DNA of 64,000 nucleotides from Methanotrichaceae archaeon (GCA_963803145.1 CAWDLW010000016.1:78239-142238); one strand, 5' to 3'. Numbered from the stretch's first letter, positions 50,313-59,646 are shown. Numbers and translations are program-made. The notes: generated from the letters alone by a model not told the origin.

Positions 50313-51059
50313 CCTGATTGCTTGCAATACAAGTATGACAACTCCAGCAGCGAATGAGATAATGAATGCAATAATGATTCCCCATTGGATTCGTTCCAAG
50401 TGCTTGAAGCGAGCTTTTCCCTGGCCGATCGAAAACACTGCATGGGGGAAGAACAAATCGCGAAAGCGGTTCAGCGCGATTCCTATTGCGAGCAGTAAAG
50501 CGATACCGCCGTAAACCACTAACTGGGCTAGGGCCGAGTTACTTGAATCCACCTCCTTTGAGCTATCGACTGGTAACCATTTGAATGCAACAACAATGAG
50601 CAGGATGGACCAGAGAATGAAGTATGCGAGGACTGCGATGGATACAAAATCGACCCGGTACAATACGGTATACCATGGCTGCATGCCTGTGATAAGATCG
50701 AGTACGTCCGCGCGTAAGAGTGATACAATGTCGTCAGAGGCTTCAAAATCAAGCGAAATCCCCTTCCAACGCGAACCAGACAAATCAATCGTTGCTCGTT
50801 TCTTCAAATCATCAGAGTGAGAGGAGATGCGGAGGCGCTGTATTTCCTTTCCCTTGGCATTTTCAAACGCATCCAGCTTTTCGATTGTCGTGAACATTCG
50901 AGCCACACCATCCGCGCAATCTGCTCGAATCTCCAAGTTACCGATTCGGTCCGACAGTAGGCTGGCCAACTTCTTTAATTCATCCTCACCAGCGACAAAT
51001 GCCTGAGGTAGTTCGACAGAGTAGTGGGCGTCCACTAGTATCACCCCTCTGGACTTCAT
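50307..51059 (-). CDS. hypothetical membrane protein (cassette)
   Basis: Soluble N-domain plus three TM; true start must follow the attC (51059 or GTG at 51035). Confidence 0.75.
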   Translation of the reverse strand: MKSRGVILVDAHYSVELPQAFVAGEDELKKLASLLSDRIGNLEIRADCADGVARMFTTIEKLDAFENAKGKEIQRLRISSHSDDLKKRATIDLSGSRWKGISLDFEASDDIVSLLRADVLDLITGMQPWYTVLYRVDFVSIAVLAYFILWSILLIVVAFKWLPVDSSKEVDSSNSALAQLVVYGGIALLLAIGIALNRFRDLFFPHAVFSIGQGKARFKHLERIQWGIIIAFIISFAAGVVILVLQAIRA

Positions 51060-51060
51060 G

Positions 51061-51118
51061 GCATAACGATTGGAATAACCGGCGACCAAAAGTCGTCCGG
51101 TAGCCTCCTTAGTTAAGC
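51061..51118 (-). other. attC-like site
   Basis: GCTTAAC...ACCGGACGAC-TTTTG-GTCGCCGGT...GTTATGC, 58 bp. Confidence 0.8.
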
Positions 51119-52043
51119 TATTTGTAAGTCCTTTGAATGTTTCTATCGCCATGTTCGCTCACAATAAAGATATTGTGGCGTGTAAACGCAGAGGATCTCA
51201 CTGCATTTAGGGGCAGCTCCATCATCAATTTTCGCTTCTGGCGAACAGCTTTATGTTGAATTTCTGAGTTCTTGAGATTGCTGATCATGTTCATGCCATA
51301 CTTGGTTCTAAACTGTTTATCTAAATGGCGTAGTATGACGCAAATGAAGCTGTCACAACCAAATCAGCAATTGACTTTAGAGTTCACCATCCTTTAACAA
51401 TTCTTGATTCGGTATCCGATGTAGGATTTCGATTTGAGACCATCATCATCTTGGCAACCGGGGCATGTTTTCTTATTTTTTTGTGTATGCAATGCAGAGG
51501 CGATAACTTACCCCCGCAGGAAGTGATTAGCTTCATGGAAAATGCGTTGTCTTTGCAGTTCTATAGTATCATTAAAGTGCATGGTCGGCAACTTTGATCG
51601 TAGTAGCTCTTACTTTCGTTTCTCCATAAACACGAGTCGGACATTGGGCGACAAATCTTCCTCACGGTACTCTCGATATCCAAGCCTATGGTAGAGCCGG
51701 ATATTATTAATGCTTTTGACGCCCGTGAACAACTCAAATCGTTCTGCGTGGGGAAAGGCTGCTTCTAATCCCATGAGCAAGGTCCCGATCCTTTTTCCCT
51801 GGTAGTCCGGGTGAACGATAAGCCTGCCGACTTGGCAAGTGCCCGAATCGAGGGAGGCTCTCACTGAACCGATGATCTTATCCGCATACACCGTCTTCAG
51901 AAAGACTTTAGTTTCAAACTCAGACGTAATCTCAGGAAGGGTCTCGGTGAGAGGCGGGATAGTCCAGTCATCATTTATAGTTAATCATTGAGCTTATTGC
52001 CCTATAGATACATTTAATAATTAATGCGTGAAAATACATAGGC

Positions 52044-52541
52044 ATGGGTAGAAAACCTATAATAATTAGGCATATATCAAAGATAGACCTTGATAAATTA
52101 TATAAAAAAGAGACTGATCTAAGGATTAAGGAACGGTTATTGGCAATAATACATTTATATGAAGGGAAAAACGTATATGAGGTAGCTGATATTTTAAAAA
52201 GGGGCGAGAGGACAATAAAATATTGGTTAAGCAGATGGAATAATCATGGCTATAATGGATTGACACCAAAGAATAGAAATGGCAAAAAGCCAAAGATGTC
52301 TCTTGATGAATGGGATAGAGTTATTAAAGAAATTGAAGACAAAGGAATGACGATAAAAGACGTATTAAAATATGTAAGGGATACAAGAGGTATAGATTTT
52401 TCATATAAATATGGCTGGCGAATTTTAAGAGTAGTGAAAAAAGTTAAGTATGGGAAACCATACATCAGAAATGAAAAGAGGCCTGCAGATGCAGAAAGTT
52501 TTTTAAAAAAGGATAAAATCAGTGCTGACCACTGTTACTGA
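52044..52541 (+). CDS. IS630 transposase orfA (HTH)
   Basis: ERLLAI..LY.G, W..RWN..G..GL, KPY. Confidence 0.9.
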   Translation: MGRKPIIIRHISKIDLDKLYKKETDLRIKERLLAIIHLYEGKNVYEVADILKRGERTIKYWLSRWNNHGYNGLTPKNRNGKKPKMSLDEWDRVIKEIEDKGMTIKDVLKYVRDTRGIDFSYKYGWRILRVVKKVKYGKPYIRNEKRPADAESFLKKDKISADHCY

Positions 52542-53049
52542 TCCTGTTATAGGATTTCTTGATGAAAGCTCTTTACAACAGCGCCCTAATACACGTAGAG
52601 TCTTAAACACTCATTTAATAAATTATAAACCTGGAAAGGTTAGATCAAGAACTATTTTTGGATTTATAGCATTAAATGGCAATGATGAGGTTATGGTTTC
52701 CAACTCCTCTAAGAAGGAAGCGTTGATGGCATTTGCTCAAAATATAAGAAATAATAATATTATGAGGCCAATTTGTATACTTTTAGATAATGCTAGAATT
52801 CATTTGGCCAAGAAATTTAGAAAACTAGCTGAGGAAATCGATATTCACTTAATTTATAATATCCCCTATTCACCAGATTTGAATCCTATAGAATTCGGTT
52901 GGAAGGATTTCAAAAGAGAGATCGCCAAATACACTGATTTCGATGAAGCTATTATAGCTAGCCAAGATTGCGCTTTAGAAATATTTTATTCCAAAAAGGA
53001 TGGATATTCAAAGTCCTGGGTGGAGCGATTTCTTAGTGCAAAAAGCTAG
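52522..53049 (+). CDS. IS630 transposase orfB (DDE)
   Basis: FLDES, LDNARIH, PYSPDLNPIE. Confidence 0.92.
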   Translation: MLTTVTDPVIGFLDESSLQQRPNTRRVLNTHLINYKPGKVRSRTIFGFIALNGNDEVMVSNSSKKEALMAFAQNIRNNNIMRPICILLDNARIHLAKKFRKLAEEIDIHLIYNIPYSPDLNPIEFGWKDFKREIAKYTDFDEAIIASQDCALEIFYSKKDGYSKSWVERFLSAKS

Positions 53050-53197
53050 GAGATTAACTATAGTTCTGCTTCGCTTTGGTATGCCACCTTCTGCAATGCC
53101 AAAATTTCACCGGCATCATCAGGAGTTGCTTGAACTATGGAGATGTCCATACATTCCTCTAAGCGCCGCATTCCGCTGGACTATCGAAGTGCGTCCA

Positions 53198-53263
53198 GTG
53201 TAACAAAGAGCTAACCAGGAGTGGCCCGAAATAGCCACAATCCAGTTCAGAGCCCTGTAATGC
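53198..53263 (-). other. attC-like site, followed by a second partial hairpin (53163-53200)
   Basis: GCATTAC...AACTGGATTGTGGC/GCCACTCCTGGTT...GTTACAC, 66 bp, starting just after the stop codon. Confidence 0.75.
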
Positions 53264-53264
53264 A

Positions 53265-53783
53265 TCATCTATTCTTCAAACACTCCTCGATTACCTGCTG
53301 GTGTTTGGCCACGTAATTGCAGCTAGGCTCTTCGCCGCACTTTCGACATTTCAAGTCGTAGATGGAATTGATGGTTTGGCATCGTGGGCAGGCATAGTTT
53401 TCCCTAATTTCCCTGAGCCATTGTTTATAACCAACAGACTTGATTCGTTCAAGATTGGCCCAAAGCTCGATCCGATGAGGCATTGCAGATTGAAACTGTT
53501 TCAGGTCATCGCAGGGATAATCTTCACATTCGCTGCAAAAGTCGATGCCACGTTCAGCCGCGCAAGCGAACATCTTGCATTTCTCGCAATAAGGCGGCCT
53601 CTTGTCCGACCGGCATCCATAGCATTTGCTCTCTTCCTCCGAAATATGCAATTGCGCTGCAAGCCTTTTGAGCCTTTCAGGATCTTCAGCGGTGGAAATG
53701 AACAACGAGCACGCCTCACAGTAAAGGCCACATACAGCTGCGAGTTTCTTGTCTAATTCTCCAGAGTGATCTTCTTTTTGCAT
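53265..53783 (-). CDS. DUF3795 family Cys-rich protein (cassette)
   Basis: CGLYCEAC, CYGCRS, FCSEC.DYPC, terminal Zn ribbon. Confidence 0.88.
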   Translation of the reverse strand: MQKEDHSGELDKKLAAVCGLYCEACSLFISTAEDPERLKRLAAQLHISEEESKCYGCRSDKRPPYCEKCKMFACAAERGIDFCSECEDYPCDDLKQFQSAMPHRIELWANLERIKSVGYKQWLREIRENYACPRCQTINSIYDLKCRKCGEEPSCNYVAKHQQVIEECLKNR

Positions 53784-53841
53784 GACAACCTCACCATCAT
53801 TTACTGATGCATGCTTTTGTTCTTCTGTTACATAAAATCGC

Positions 53842-53892
53842 ACATAACCTAGGCCTGACTACTCGCGGCAGCGTTCGATGCGCTGGTTTGGC
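53842..53892 (-). other. attC-like site (degenerate)
   Basis: GCCAAAC CAGCG CATCGAAC...GTTATGT, 51 bp. Confidence 0.6.
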
Positions 53893-53900
53893 GTCTCCTG

Positions 53901-54281
53901 TTATTTCTGCCTATAGGTTGCTCTGAACCAATGCACTTGAGGCTCTCGTTGTCCAAGTAATACTCGAAATGGAGTTCGACGAGACAGACATCCCTTCAAC
54001 TCCTTGCTCTGGACACACTGTCTAACCTCGCAATGGGACTTCCTACCGCCTTGCTGGCACGGAGCTGGACAGCGAAGCTCCTTAATTTGATGCAAGACTG
54101 ATAAGAATATGGGATAGTCTTCGAATTCCTTATGTTGTGCAGATTTGAGTTCCGCGTAATGATCGAACTGTAATTGTTCTAGGATCTGATCAAGTCTGTC
54201 TACCAGCGCGAAAAGCTCCTCGCATGAAGGTATGCAGTCTGCGCAACAGAGACCGCAATAGGCTGTTAGCTTTTCATCCAT
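53901..54281 (-). pseudogene. DUF3795 family protein, C-terminus apparently disrupted
   Basis: YCGLCCADC...CEVRQC; the expected C.EC motif is lost after KGC. Confidence 0.7.
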
Positions 54282-54299
54282 ATTTCCTTGTTCCTGCTC

Positions 54300-54367
54300 A
54301 GGCAACACGAGCTACAAGTCACCACCATCAGGACTGATGCGCCGTCCCATTTAAACGGTGGTTGTGC
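54300..54367 (-). other. attC-like site (degenerate)
   Basis: GACGCACAAC is complementary to the cassette start ATTGGGCGTC (8/10); ends GTTGCCT. Confidence 0.6.
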
Positions 54368-54375
54368 GTCGCTAT

Positions 54376-54912
54376 TTACTCGCCTGCCAGTTCTTTGATT
54401 TTGCAAACTGTTCTCCAATTGCGATCAGTCATCGTCACACCTAGCAGCCTTTCGGAATTTGCCGCGAGCTTGGACCGACCTACTCCATCGGGTGCATGTA
54501 GATAAAACACCTCGTCGGTCAGATAAAATCGTTCATTTTCCGTCCTAAGATTATTGAGTTTTTCTAGGTCAGGGTTCTTGGGTGCTGAAGCCAGAAAGCC
54601 AAGATGCAAATTGCTGGGGTCAGTTACTGCATCCGGAAATGGGTTTTTCGCAATTGCCCTGTCTATTGCTTCGAGTCCAAGAATCAGAACCTGGGATTCA
54701 AAGCCATGGCGGTTCTTGATTGCAGCAGCCAACTGTTTGGAGAGCTGCAAAGAATTCCCTTCTTCGCTCTGAAATACAGCATTGCCGCTTTGAATATATG
54801 TTCTGGCTCTTTTCGCGCCAATGTCTTTCAGAATGGCAACGAGCCCATTCATTGGCAAAGAGTTCTTTCCTCCCACATTGATGCCTCTGAAAAGGGCGAT
54901 GTAAGTATTCAT
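54376..54912 (-). CDS. DUF1697 family protein (cassette)
   Basis: YIALFRGINVGG, TYIQSGN, T.RNWRTV. Confidence 0.92.
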   Translation of the reverse strand: MNTYIALFRGINVGGKNSLPMNGLVAILKDIGAKRARTYIQSGNAVFQSEEGNSLQLSKQLAAAIKNRHGFESQVLILGLEAIDRAIAKNPFPDAVTDPSNLHLGFLASAPKNPDLEKLNNLRTENERFYLTDEVFYLHAPDGVGRSKLAANSERLLGVTMTDRNWRTVCKIKELAGE

Positions 54913-54942
54913 TCGATCACCATTTGAAGCATACCACTAGAC

Positions 54943-55003
54943 GCCCAATGGGAAACTTACTCTGAGTCTGCTGTTTGGGCGATCAGGCATACCATTATTG
55001 GGC
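54943..55003 (-). other. attC-like site with AAT/ATT variant cores
   Basis: ACGCCCAAT...ATTGGGCGT perfectly complementary ends, 61 bp. Confidence 0.55.
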
Positions 55004-55013
55004 GTATCCATTC

Positions 55014-55075
55014 ATCGAACTTCTGCAGTTTCGGAGCGACCTGTTTCTGGCATTCACTAGAAAATATTGTTATGC
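55014..55075 (-). other. attC-like site (degenerate)
   Basis: GCATAAC (complements the cassette start GTTATG at 56442)...GTTCGAT, 62 bp. Confidence 0.55.
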
Positions 55076-55094
55076 ATCACTTTGCCTTCTGAAC

Positions 55095-56411
55095 CTATGT
55101 CTCGTCTTGTGTCTTCTCTGCAACAGGCGGTGATGGGAATACGACCCGACCAGTAGATGAGAGCAGTGTTTGCCGACATGCTCGTGCATACTCAACATCA
55201 GGATTGCTAACGAGATATTGCACAGGCCAAAAGAGATCCGGCGTAAAAACCAATGCTGTGGAGAAAGTGGTCGCAGCCTTATGGCACTTCTCGGTGAATG
55301 GATCAGACCGCTCGCTTAGGGGCTGAAGGCGGAAACCATTTCCGAAGAGCACAGGCTTTGCAGGTGCAGTGACGCTTTCTCGCTGCCAATCCTCCTGTAT
55401 GTTCATCGATAGCTGCCTGAGCTTATCAATGTTGATTGCCTTATTATCCTTCCCTTCGGCTTCGCCGATGAGTCGACCTTCCTCTGATTCGAATACAACA
55501 TCAAATTCTGAGTCCGATTCTTTGAAGGGCGCAGCTGTAAAGCCAAGCAAGCGAAGCGCTTCAATAATCACGTTCTCTAGTGGTTTTCCCTTCTCGAATA
55601 GAAGGCGTCGGCAGGTGCCTGCGGACCGCAACTCTTCGACGATCTTCTCTTTCTGCTTCTGTGCCTCTTCGACTTTCCGCTCAGCTTTAAGTAGCCGAAC
55701 TCGCAATGATGACTCCATGCCGAGCTCAAACCTAGGCTCAATAGCCCAAACAGGCTCAGGCGTGACTTCAGACGAACTTCGCAGTGCCTTGTCAAGTGCG
55801 ACAACCGTTGACACCATACGACCCGCGAATTTCTTTGCAGCAGGAGTCCAATACTGTTCCCCCTCTCTTTCCTTTGAGAAGTTATCGGGCTTAAAATCGA
55901 CATCCGGTAGCAACAATAGCGTTCCTGCTGATGACTTGCTCCGATAGAGTGCACCTACGGTCTTCTCTCCTGTGCGGGTCACGATACATGCCGGAACTTT
56001 AGGGTCAGTGAGGATGACCTTGTACTGCGAGACACTTTCGAACTCGGTCCAATAAGGCGAGAGAATATCTGCGCAGCGTGCCGACAGTTTCATGGAGCTT
56101 CCAATGGATATTACAGGCGACAGATTAACAGGAATAGCTTGATAGTTGCTTTCCCCTCGTGACTCGTTGGGACTCGGAAGAAAGACGATTACTGTCTTAC
56201 CAGTCTCCATAGCTTGCTGGATTTCCCTCCTCCAATGATCACACGAGGCTTTTCGCTCACCATGAATATCAATGAAGTCGAAGTTACTAATTTGAGGCTT
56301 GAAGAGGACAATGTCCCAATCGAGAAGGGATGGCTTTGACCAAAAGCTCTCGCACTCTGTATCTGGCGAGGCCAGTTCAAGACCTATTGTCAATATCCGT
56401 CTCGCACTCAT
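55095..56411 (-). CDS. hypothetical protein with coiled coil and C-terminal PD-(D/E)XK-like domain (cassette)
   Basis: LE..I...L..LGF, EFDVVF...IGEAEGKD; GGAGGT RBS after the attC. Confidence 0.75.
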   Translation of the reverse strand: MSARRILTIGLELASPDTECESFWSKPSLLDWDIVLFKPQISNFDFIDIHGERKASCDHWRREIQQAMETGKTVIVFLPSPNESRGESNYQAIPVNLSPVISIGSSMKLSARCADILSPYWTEFESVSQYKVILTDPKVPACIVTRTGEKTVGALYRSKSSAGTLLLLPDVDFKPDNFSKEREGEQYWTPAAKKFAGRMVSTVVALDKALRSSSEVTPEPVWAIEPRFELGMESSLRVRLLKAERKVEEAQKQKEKIVEELRSAGTCRRLLFEKGKPLENVIIEALRLLGFTAAPFKESDSEFDVVFESEEGRLIGEAEGKDNKAINIDKLRQLSMNIQEDWQRESVTAPAKPVLFGNGFRLQPLSERSDPFTEKCHKAATTFSTALVFTPDLFWPVQYLVSNPDVEYARACRQTLLSSTGRVVFPSPPVAEKTQDET

Positions 56412-56435
56412 ACTAGAATGGTGACCTCCTGTAAT

Positions 56436-56493
56436 TCATAACGATGTGCATCACTAATGGCTAAAAGCCATCCAGTGGCTGCCTAGATTAGGC
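56436..56493 (-). other. attC-like site homologous to 51061-51118
   Basis: GCCTAAT...ACTGGATGGC-TTTTA-GCCATTAGT...GTTATGA, 58 bp. Confidence 0.8.
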
Positions 56494-56882
56494 TGTCTGT
56501 AAGACCTTTGAACGTTTCTATCGTCACGTATTCCGATAATAAAGACATTGCGGCCTATGGTACGGAGTATCACACAGCATTCAGGTAGATACAACTTTCT
56601 TTTTCAACGGCTAACAGATGGATATCCTTTTCAGCGTAAGAAGGAACCGTTCATCTTATTCCTATCAACCTTATCGTCAGAGTTTCCAAAGCATTCCCCC
56701 AGCGAGGGGTTAGGGGTAGCCCGCGCGGCGACTGAGCGCGCTATAAGGCCGCTAGTTCTAGCTCCAAAAGTGATTATATTTTTGAATTATATAATAGCCA
56801 GTCATTATATCATGAAGAACTGATTTGGGTCGCGATCAGCCTCCGAAACATCCCCAATTCAATGAACGATATGCTTAATTAT

Positions 56883-56898
56883 TTGAACGATCGTTCAA
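56883..56898. promoter_or_regulatory. perfect palindrome, putative toxin-antitoxin operator
   Basis: TTGAACGATCGTTCAA, with an extra half-site TGAACGAT at 56863. Confidence 0.6.
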
Positions 56899-56914
56899 TT
56901 TTTTGGTGTATTAG

Positions 56915-57448
56915 TTGAGAAATCCCGTGGGCTTCAGAGTGCTTGAGTTGTTTTTGATTCATCCTTCCTTAGAGATCCACCTCAATGAGCTTGCCAGAAA
57001 CTTAGATATCGCTCGTGGAAGCGCCAAGAGCTACTGCGATGCCTTTGTAAATGAAGGCCTGATCCTGGAGAGTTCAAAAGGCAACCTCCGGCTTTTTAGA
57101 TTGAATAGGGACGATTTCGCTGTTAGAGAAATTATGAAGGCCTACTATCTTTTAAAGCTCAAGCATCTAGGCATTGAGCACCTGGCTGAAGGCTGCACAT
57201 CTCTGGCAATTTATGGCAGCTTTGCTCGAGGGGACATTGATGAGCGAAGTGATCTCGACCTCCTGGTGATTGGCGAGGATGGAAGCGTTGACCGAGATAA
57301 AGTCATGAAACTCCAAGATGCTCTGGGAAGAGAGGTCCAGCTGACTCTCCTGCCATATTACAGATGGGAGACCATGAAAAAGGAAGGAGATAGGTTTGCA
57401 GAGAGCGTCTTGAGGAAACACGTCCTTGTGAGCGGTGTTGAGCTATGA
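56915..57448 (+). CDS. wHTH-MNT nucleotidyltransferase (antitoxin)
   Basis: N-terminal HTH; YGSFARG...SDLDLLVIG. Confidence 0.88.
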   Translation: MRNPVGFRVLELFLIHPSLEIHLNELARNLDIARGSAKSYCDAFVNEGLILESSKGNLRLFRLNRDDFAVREIMKAYYLLKLKHLGIEHLAEGCTSLAIYGSFARGDIDERSDLDLLVIGEDGSVDRDKVMKLQDALGREVQLTLLPYYRWETMKKEGDRFAESVLRKHVLVSGVEL

Positions 57449-57867
57449 GGTTCGAAGAATGTCTCGATAAAGGCCTTATCAAGAAAGATCCCTTGGCTAG
57501 CGAGAGGGTTGAAAGCTCTCTAATGATTGCAGAGAGATTTCTCAGATCTTCAAATCGCAACCTGGAGATTGATGAATATGAGATGGCCGAGATGGCAGCC
57601 TACAATAGCGCATTTCATGCTGCCAGGGCTTTGCTCTTTGCGAAAGGGTATACAGAACGCAGCCATTTTTGCCTCGGTATCGCTCTTAGAGGTCTGTACA
57701 GAGGAAAGATCGCCGATCTTCTCAAAACCTTCGATAAAATCAGGCTATCAAGACATAATGTTCAATACGGTGGAGCGCTCGTCACCGAAGACGAGGCAGT
57801 GTTTGTAATAGATTTTGCGCGGGATTTCCTGGTTGTAGCCAAGACGGAGCTTTTGGCATCCAAATGA
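57445..57867 (+). CDS. HEPN domain protein
   Basis: AY..AFHAARALL...G...SH, R..VQY; ATGA coupling to the MNT gene. Confidence 0.88.
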   Translation: MRFEECLDKGLIKKDPLASERVESSLMIAERFLRSSNRNLEIDEYEMAEMAAYNSAFHAARALLFAKGYTERSHFCLGIALRGLYRGKIADLLKTFDKIRLSRHNVQYGGALVTEDEAVFVIDFARDFLVVAKTELLASK

Positions 57868-57938
57868 TCTGAGAGACTTCTGAAGACTCTTCTTTTCTCA
57901 CTCATGCTCTCTATGTCGATATGCCCCAATTTTTGGAT

Positions 57939-58004
57939 TGCCGCAGGGTTTCCAGAAAAGACTCCGGATGTAAAAGCATCGACCTGGTAAATGGGTATCC
58001 TCAT
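57939..58004 (-). pseudogene. PhzF family 5' fragment
   Basis: MRIPIYQVDAFTSGVFSGNPAA, after which similarity ends. Confidence 0.8.
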
Positions 58005-58058
58005 CTTTGTTCTCCAATCTTTTCGTTTCTAATGAATTACCATTGTTTTTTCTAGCTC

Positions 58059-58895
58059 TCAAGCCAAACTCTGGCATTCAGGACAATAATAGCAAGCTCC
58101 GCCCAAGTAGGCCATCTTCTCGACCTTCATCCCACACTCAGGACAAGGCTGTCCCACCGCAATCTTGTCCATTATGCGCTTGTACTTGCCCGGATTCCCG
58201 TATAGATCCGTTTCATCATTTCTGCCGCCCAGCCGTATCGCTTCGGCCACAGTTTCAACAATGGCTTGATGCATGTTTTTAATCTGAGTCCTGCTCAAGC
58301 CTGATATGGGCCGTTTTGGATGGAGCTTCGTCTTGAACATAATATCCTGAGCGATCGAGTTCCCAAGTCCAGGTATCAGCTGATCCTGGGTGAGCAGTCC
58401 TTTAACAGATCTGCTTCCTTTTTTTGTACATTCCTCGATGAGAGCTGAAAGGTATGCCGGGCTGAACTCCGGATCAACCGGAGTGGTCCGCATGCCTTTG
58501 ATGTATTGCCGTTCTAGCTCCTCTCCTTCCTCATAAAGTTCCATTGCGCCCCACATTTGAGTGGTTGCTGATAGGGAGCTACCATCATCGAAATGCAGTG
58601 AAAGATGATACTTTTTCGGCAGCTGTGATTCCGAATCATGCAGGATAATCTTGCCGCCGCACTCTCCAAATACAAGCACGTAGCCTGGCTGGATAGGGAT
58701 GAATAGCCATCTTCCTTTGCAGTAGGCTAATCCTATGGTCTTTCCTTTGACAATAGCAGCAAACTCATCTGGCTTCCTGTTATACCAGACGAACTTATGC
58801 GGAGAGTTGCCTAAGGTTCCATTGGCGATACGCTTGCCTGAAAGGCTTTCAGCCATCTGGCGAGCCAAGGTAACATACTCCGGGAGTTCAAACAT
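58059..58895 (-). CDS. Fpg/Nei-family DNA glycosylase-like protein
   Basis: M(F)ELPE, H2TH LL.QD..PGLGN, Zn finger CPECG...CPECQ. Confidence 0.88.
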   Translation of the reverse strand: MFELPEYVTLARQMAESLSGKRIANGTLGNSPHKFVWYNRKPDEFAAIVKGKTIGLAYCKGRWLFIPIQPGYVLVFGECGGKIILHDSESQLPKKYHLSLHFDDGSSLSATTQMWGAMELYEEGEELERQYIKGMRTTPVDPEFSPAYLSALIEECTKKGSRSVKGLLTQDQLIPGLGNSIAQDIMFKTKLHPKRPISGLSRTQIKNMHQAIVETVAEAIRLGGRNDETDLYGNPGKYKRIMDKIAVGQPCPECGMKVEKMAYLGGACYYCPECQSLA

Positions 58896-58912
58896 GCGAG
58901 TTTCTCCTCTGC

Positions 58913-59551
58913 TTAATCTGATATCTTTCGACCAACCATGAGAAATATGGAGAATCGCCTCATCTCGCCACTATTGCTTGGCTTCACCATTTCTGCAGCA
59001 CTTATATTCCGAACGTCAACAAATCCCGCTTTCGTGAAGACCTCTTGCAGAGCAGCCCGATCAAACCCGAAATGAAATACGCCGGTATTGTCTTCATGAA
59101 ATTGACCATCATCCAAGTCTAAGTCAGCAATGCACAGATAACCACCAGGGGCAGTGACTTTATAGAATTGAGCGAAGAGAGGTTCTATCTCCTTTATATG
59201 GTGAAGGGTCATATTGCTTAAAACAAGATCATAATTCCCCGTCAGAAGATCGCCCTTGTCAAGATCGATGAGTACGGTTCTAACTCTGTTCAGCCTCTGC
59301 TTGGCGATTTTAGCATTAAATATGTTGAGCATCCCCTGCGAACTGTCTACCCCTATGACAGAACGGACTAGCGGCTGTAGTCTGAGAGCCAGCAGTCCTG
59401 TGCCGCAGCCGAAGTCCATAATATCCATTTCTGGTGTCAAAGCAATCTCTTTCAATATCGCATGGGCAACATCATCCGCCAGTTTGGCCCTTGCAGGATT
59501 TTCGTCCCAGGAAGCTGCCTCCTTATCAAAGTCCCGTTTTTCAGTGTTCAT
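58913..59551 (-). CDS. class I SAM-dependent methyltransferase
   Basis: FD..A..WD, MDFGCGTG, MTLHH, H.GF. Confidence 0.9.
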   Translation of the reverse strand: MNTEKRDFDKEAASWDENPARAKLADDVAHAILKEIALTPEMDIMDFGCGTGLLALRLQPLVRSVIGVDSSQGMLNIFNAKIAKQRLNRVRTVLIDLDKGDLLTGNYDLVLSNMTLHHIKEIEPLFAQFYKVTAPGGYLCIADLDLDDGQFHEDNTGVFHFGFDRAALQEVFTKAGFVDVRNISAAEMVKPSNSGEMRRFSIFLMVGRKISD

Positions 59552-59646
59552 GATATTTTGCTCCTTGGTTAAATGATGAGGAAATAGAGCCAATGCAGTT
59601 CCGTAGCGATGTTGAATATGGCTAAGTCACCTTCAATTCCATATTC

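Larger units (their letters stand above)
51978..53060 (+). mobile_element. IS630-family insertion sequence, 1083 bp
   Basis: TA target duplication (51976-77 and 53061-62), 23-bp imperfect TIR TAGTTAATCnnnnAGCTTwTTGC, AT-rich. Confidence 0.95.
51610..53150 (-). pseudogene. GNAT acetyltransferase interrupted by IS630
   Basis: Removing the IS and one TA restores MDISIVQATPDDAGEILALQKVAYQSEAEL-NDDWTIPPLTET...VHPDYQG. Confidence 0.92.

Noticed and set aside
51060-51152. N-terminal extensions of ORFs 50307-51152 and 59712-60659 as given in the track
   Set aside because: They run through attC sites or cassette remnants; downstream starts fit the domain boundaries better
56697-56762. GC-rich hairpin starting CTAGAAC on the minus strand as a further attC
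   Set aside because: No GTT core at the expected end and poor L-box pairing; not counted
58005-59640. attC sites between the methyltransferase, Fpg-like and phzF genes
   Set aside because: The junctions are short and lack R''/R' boxes, so this block is not shown to be individual cassettes
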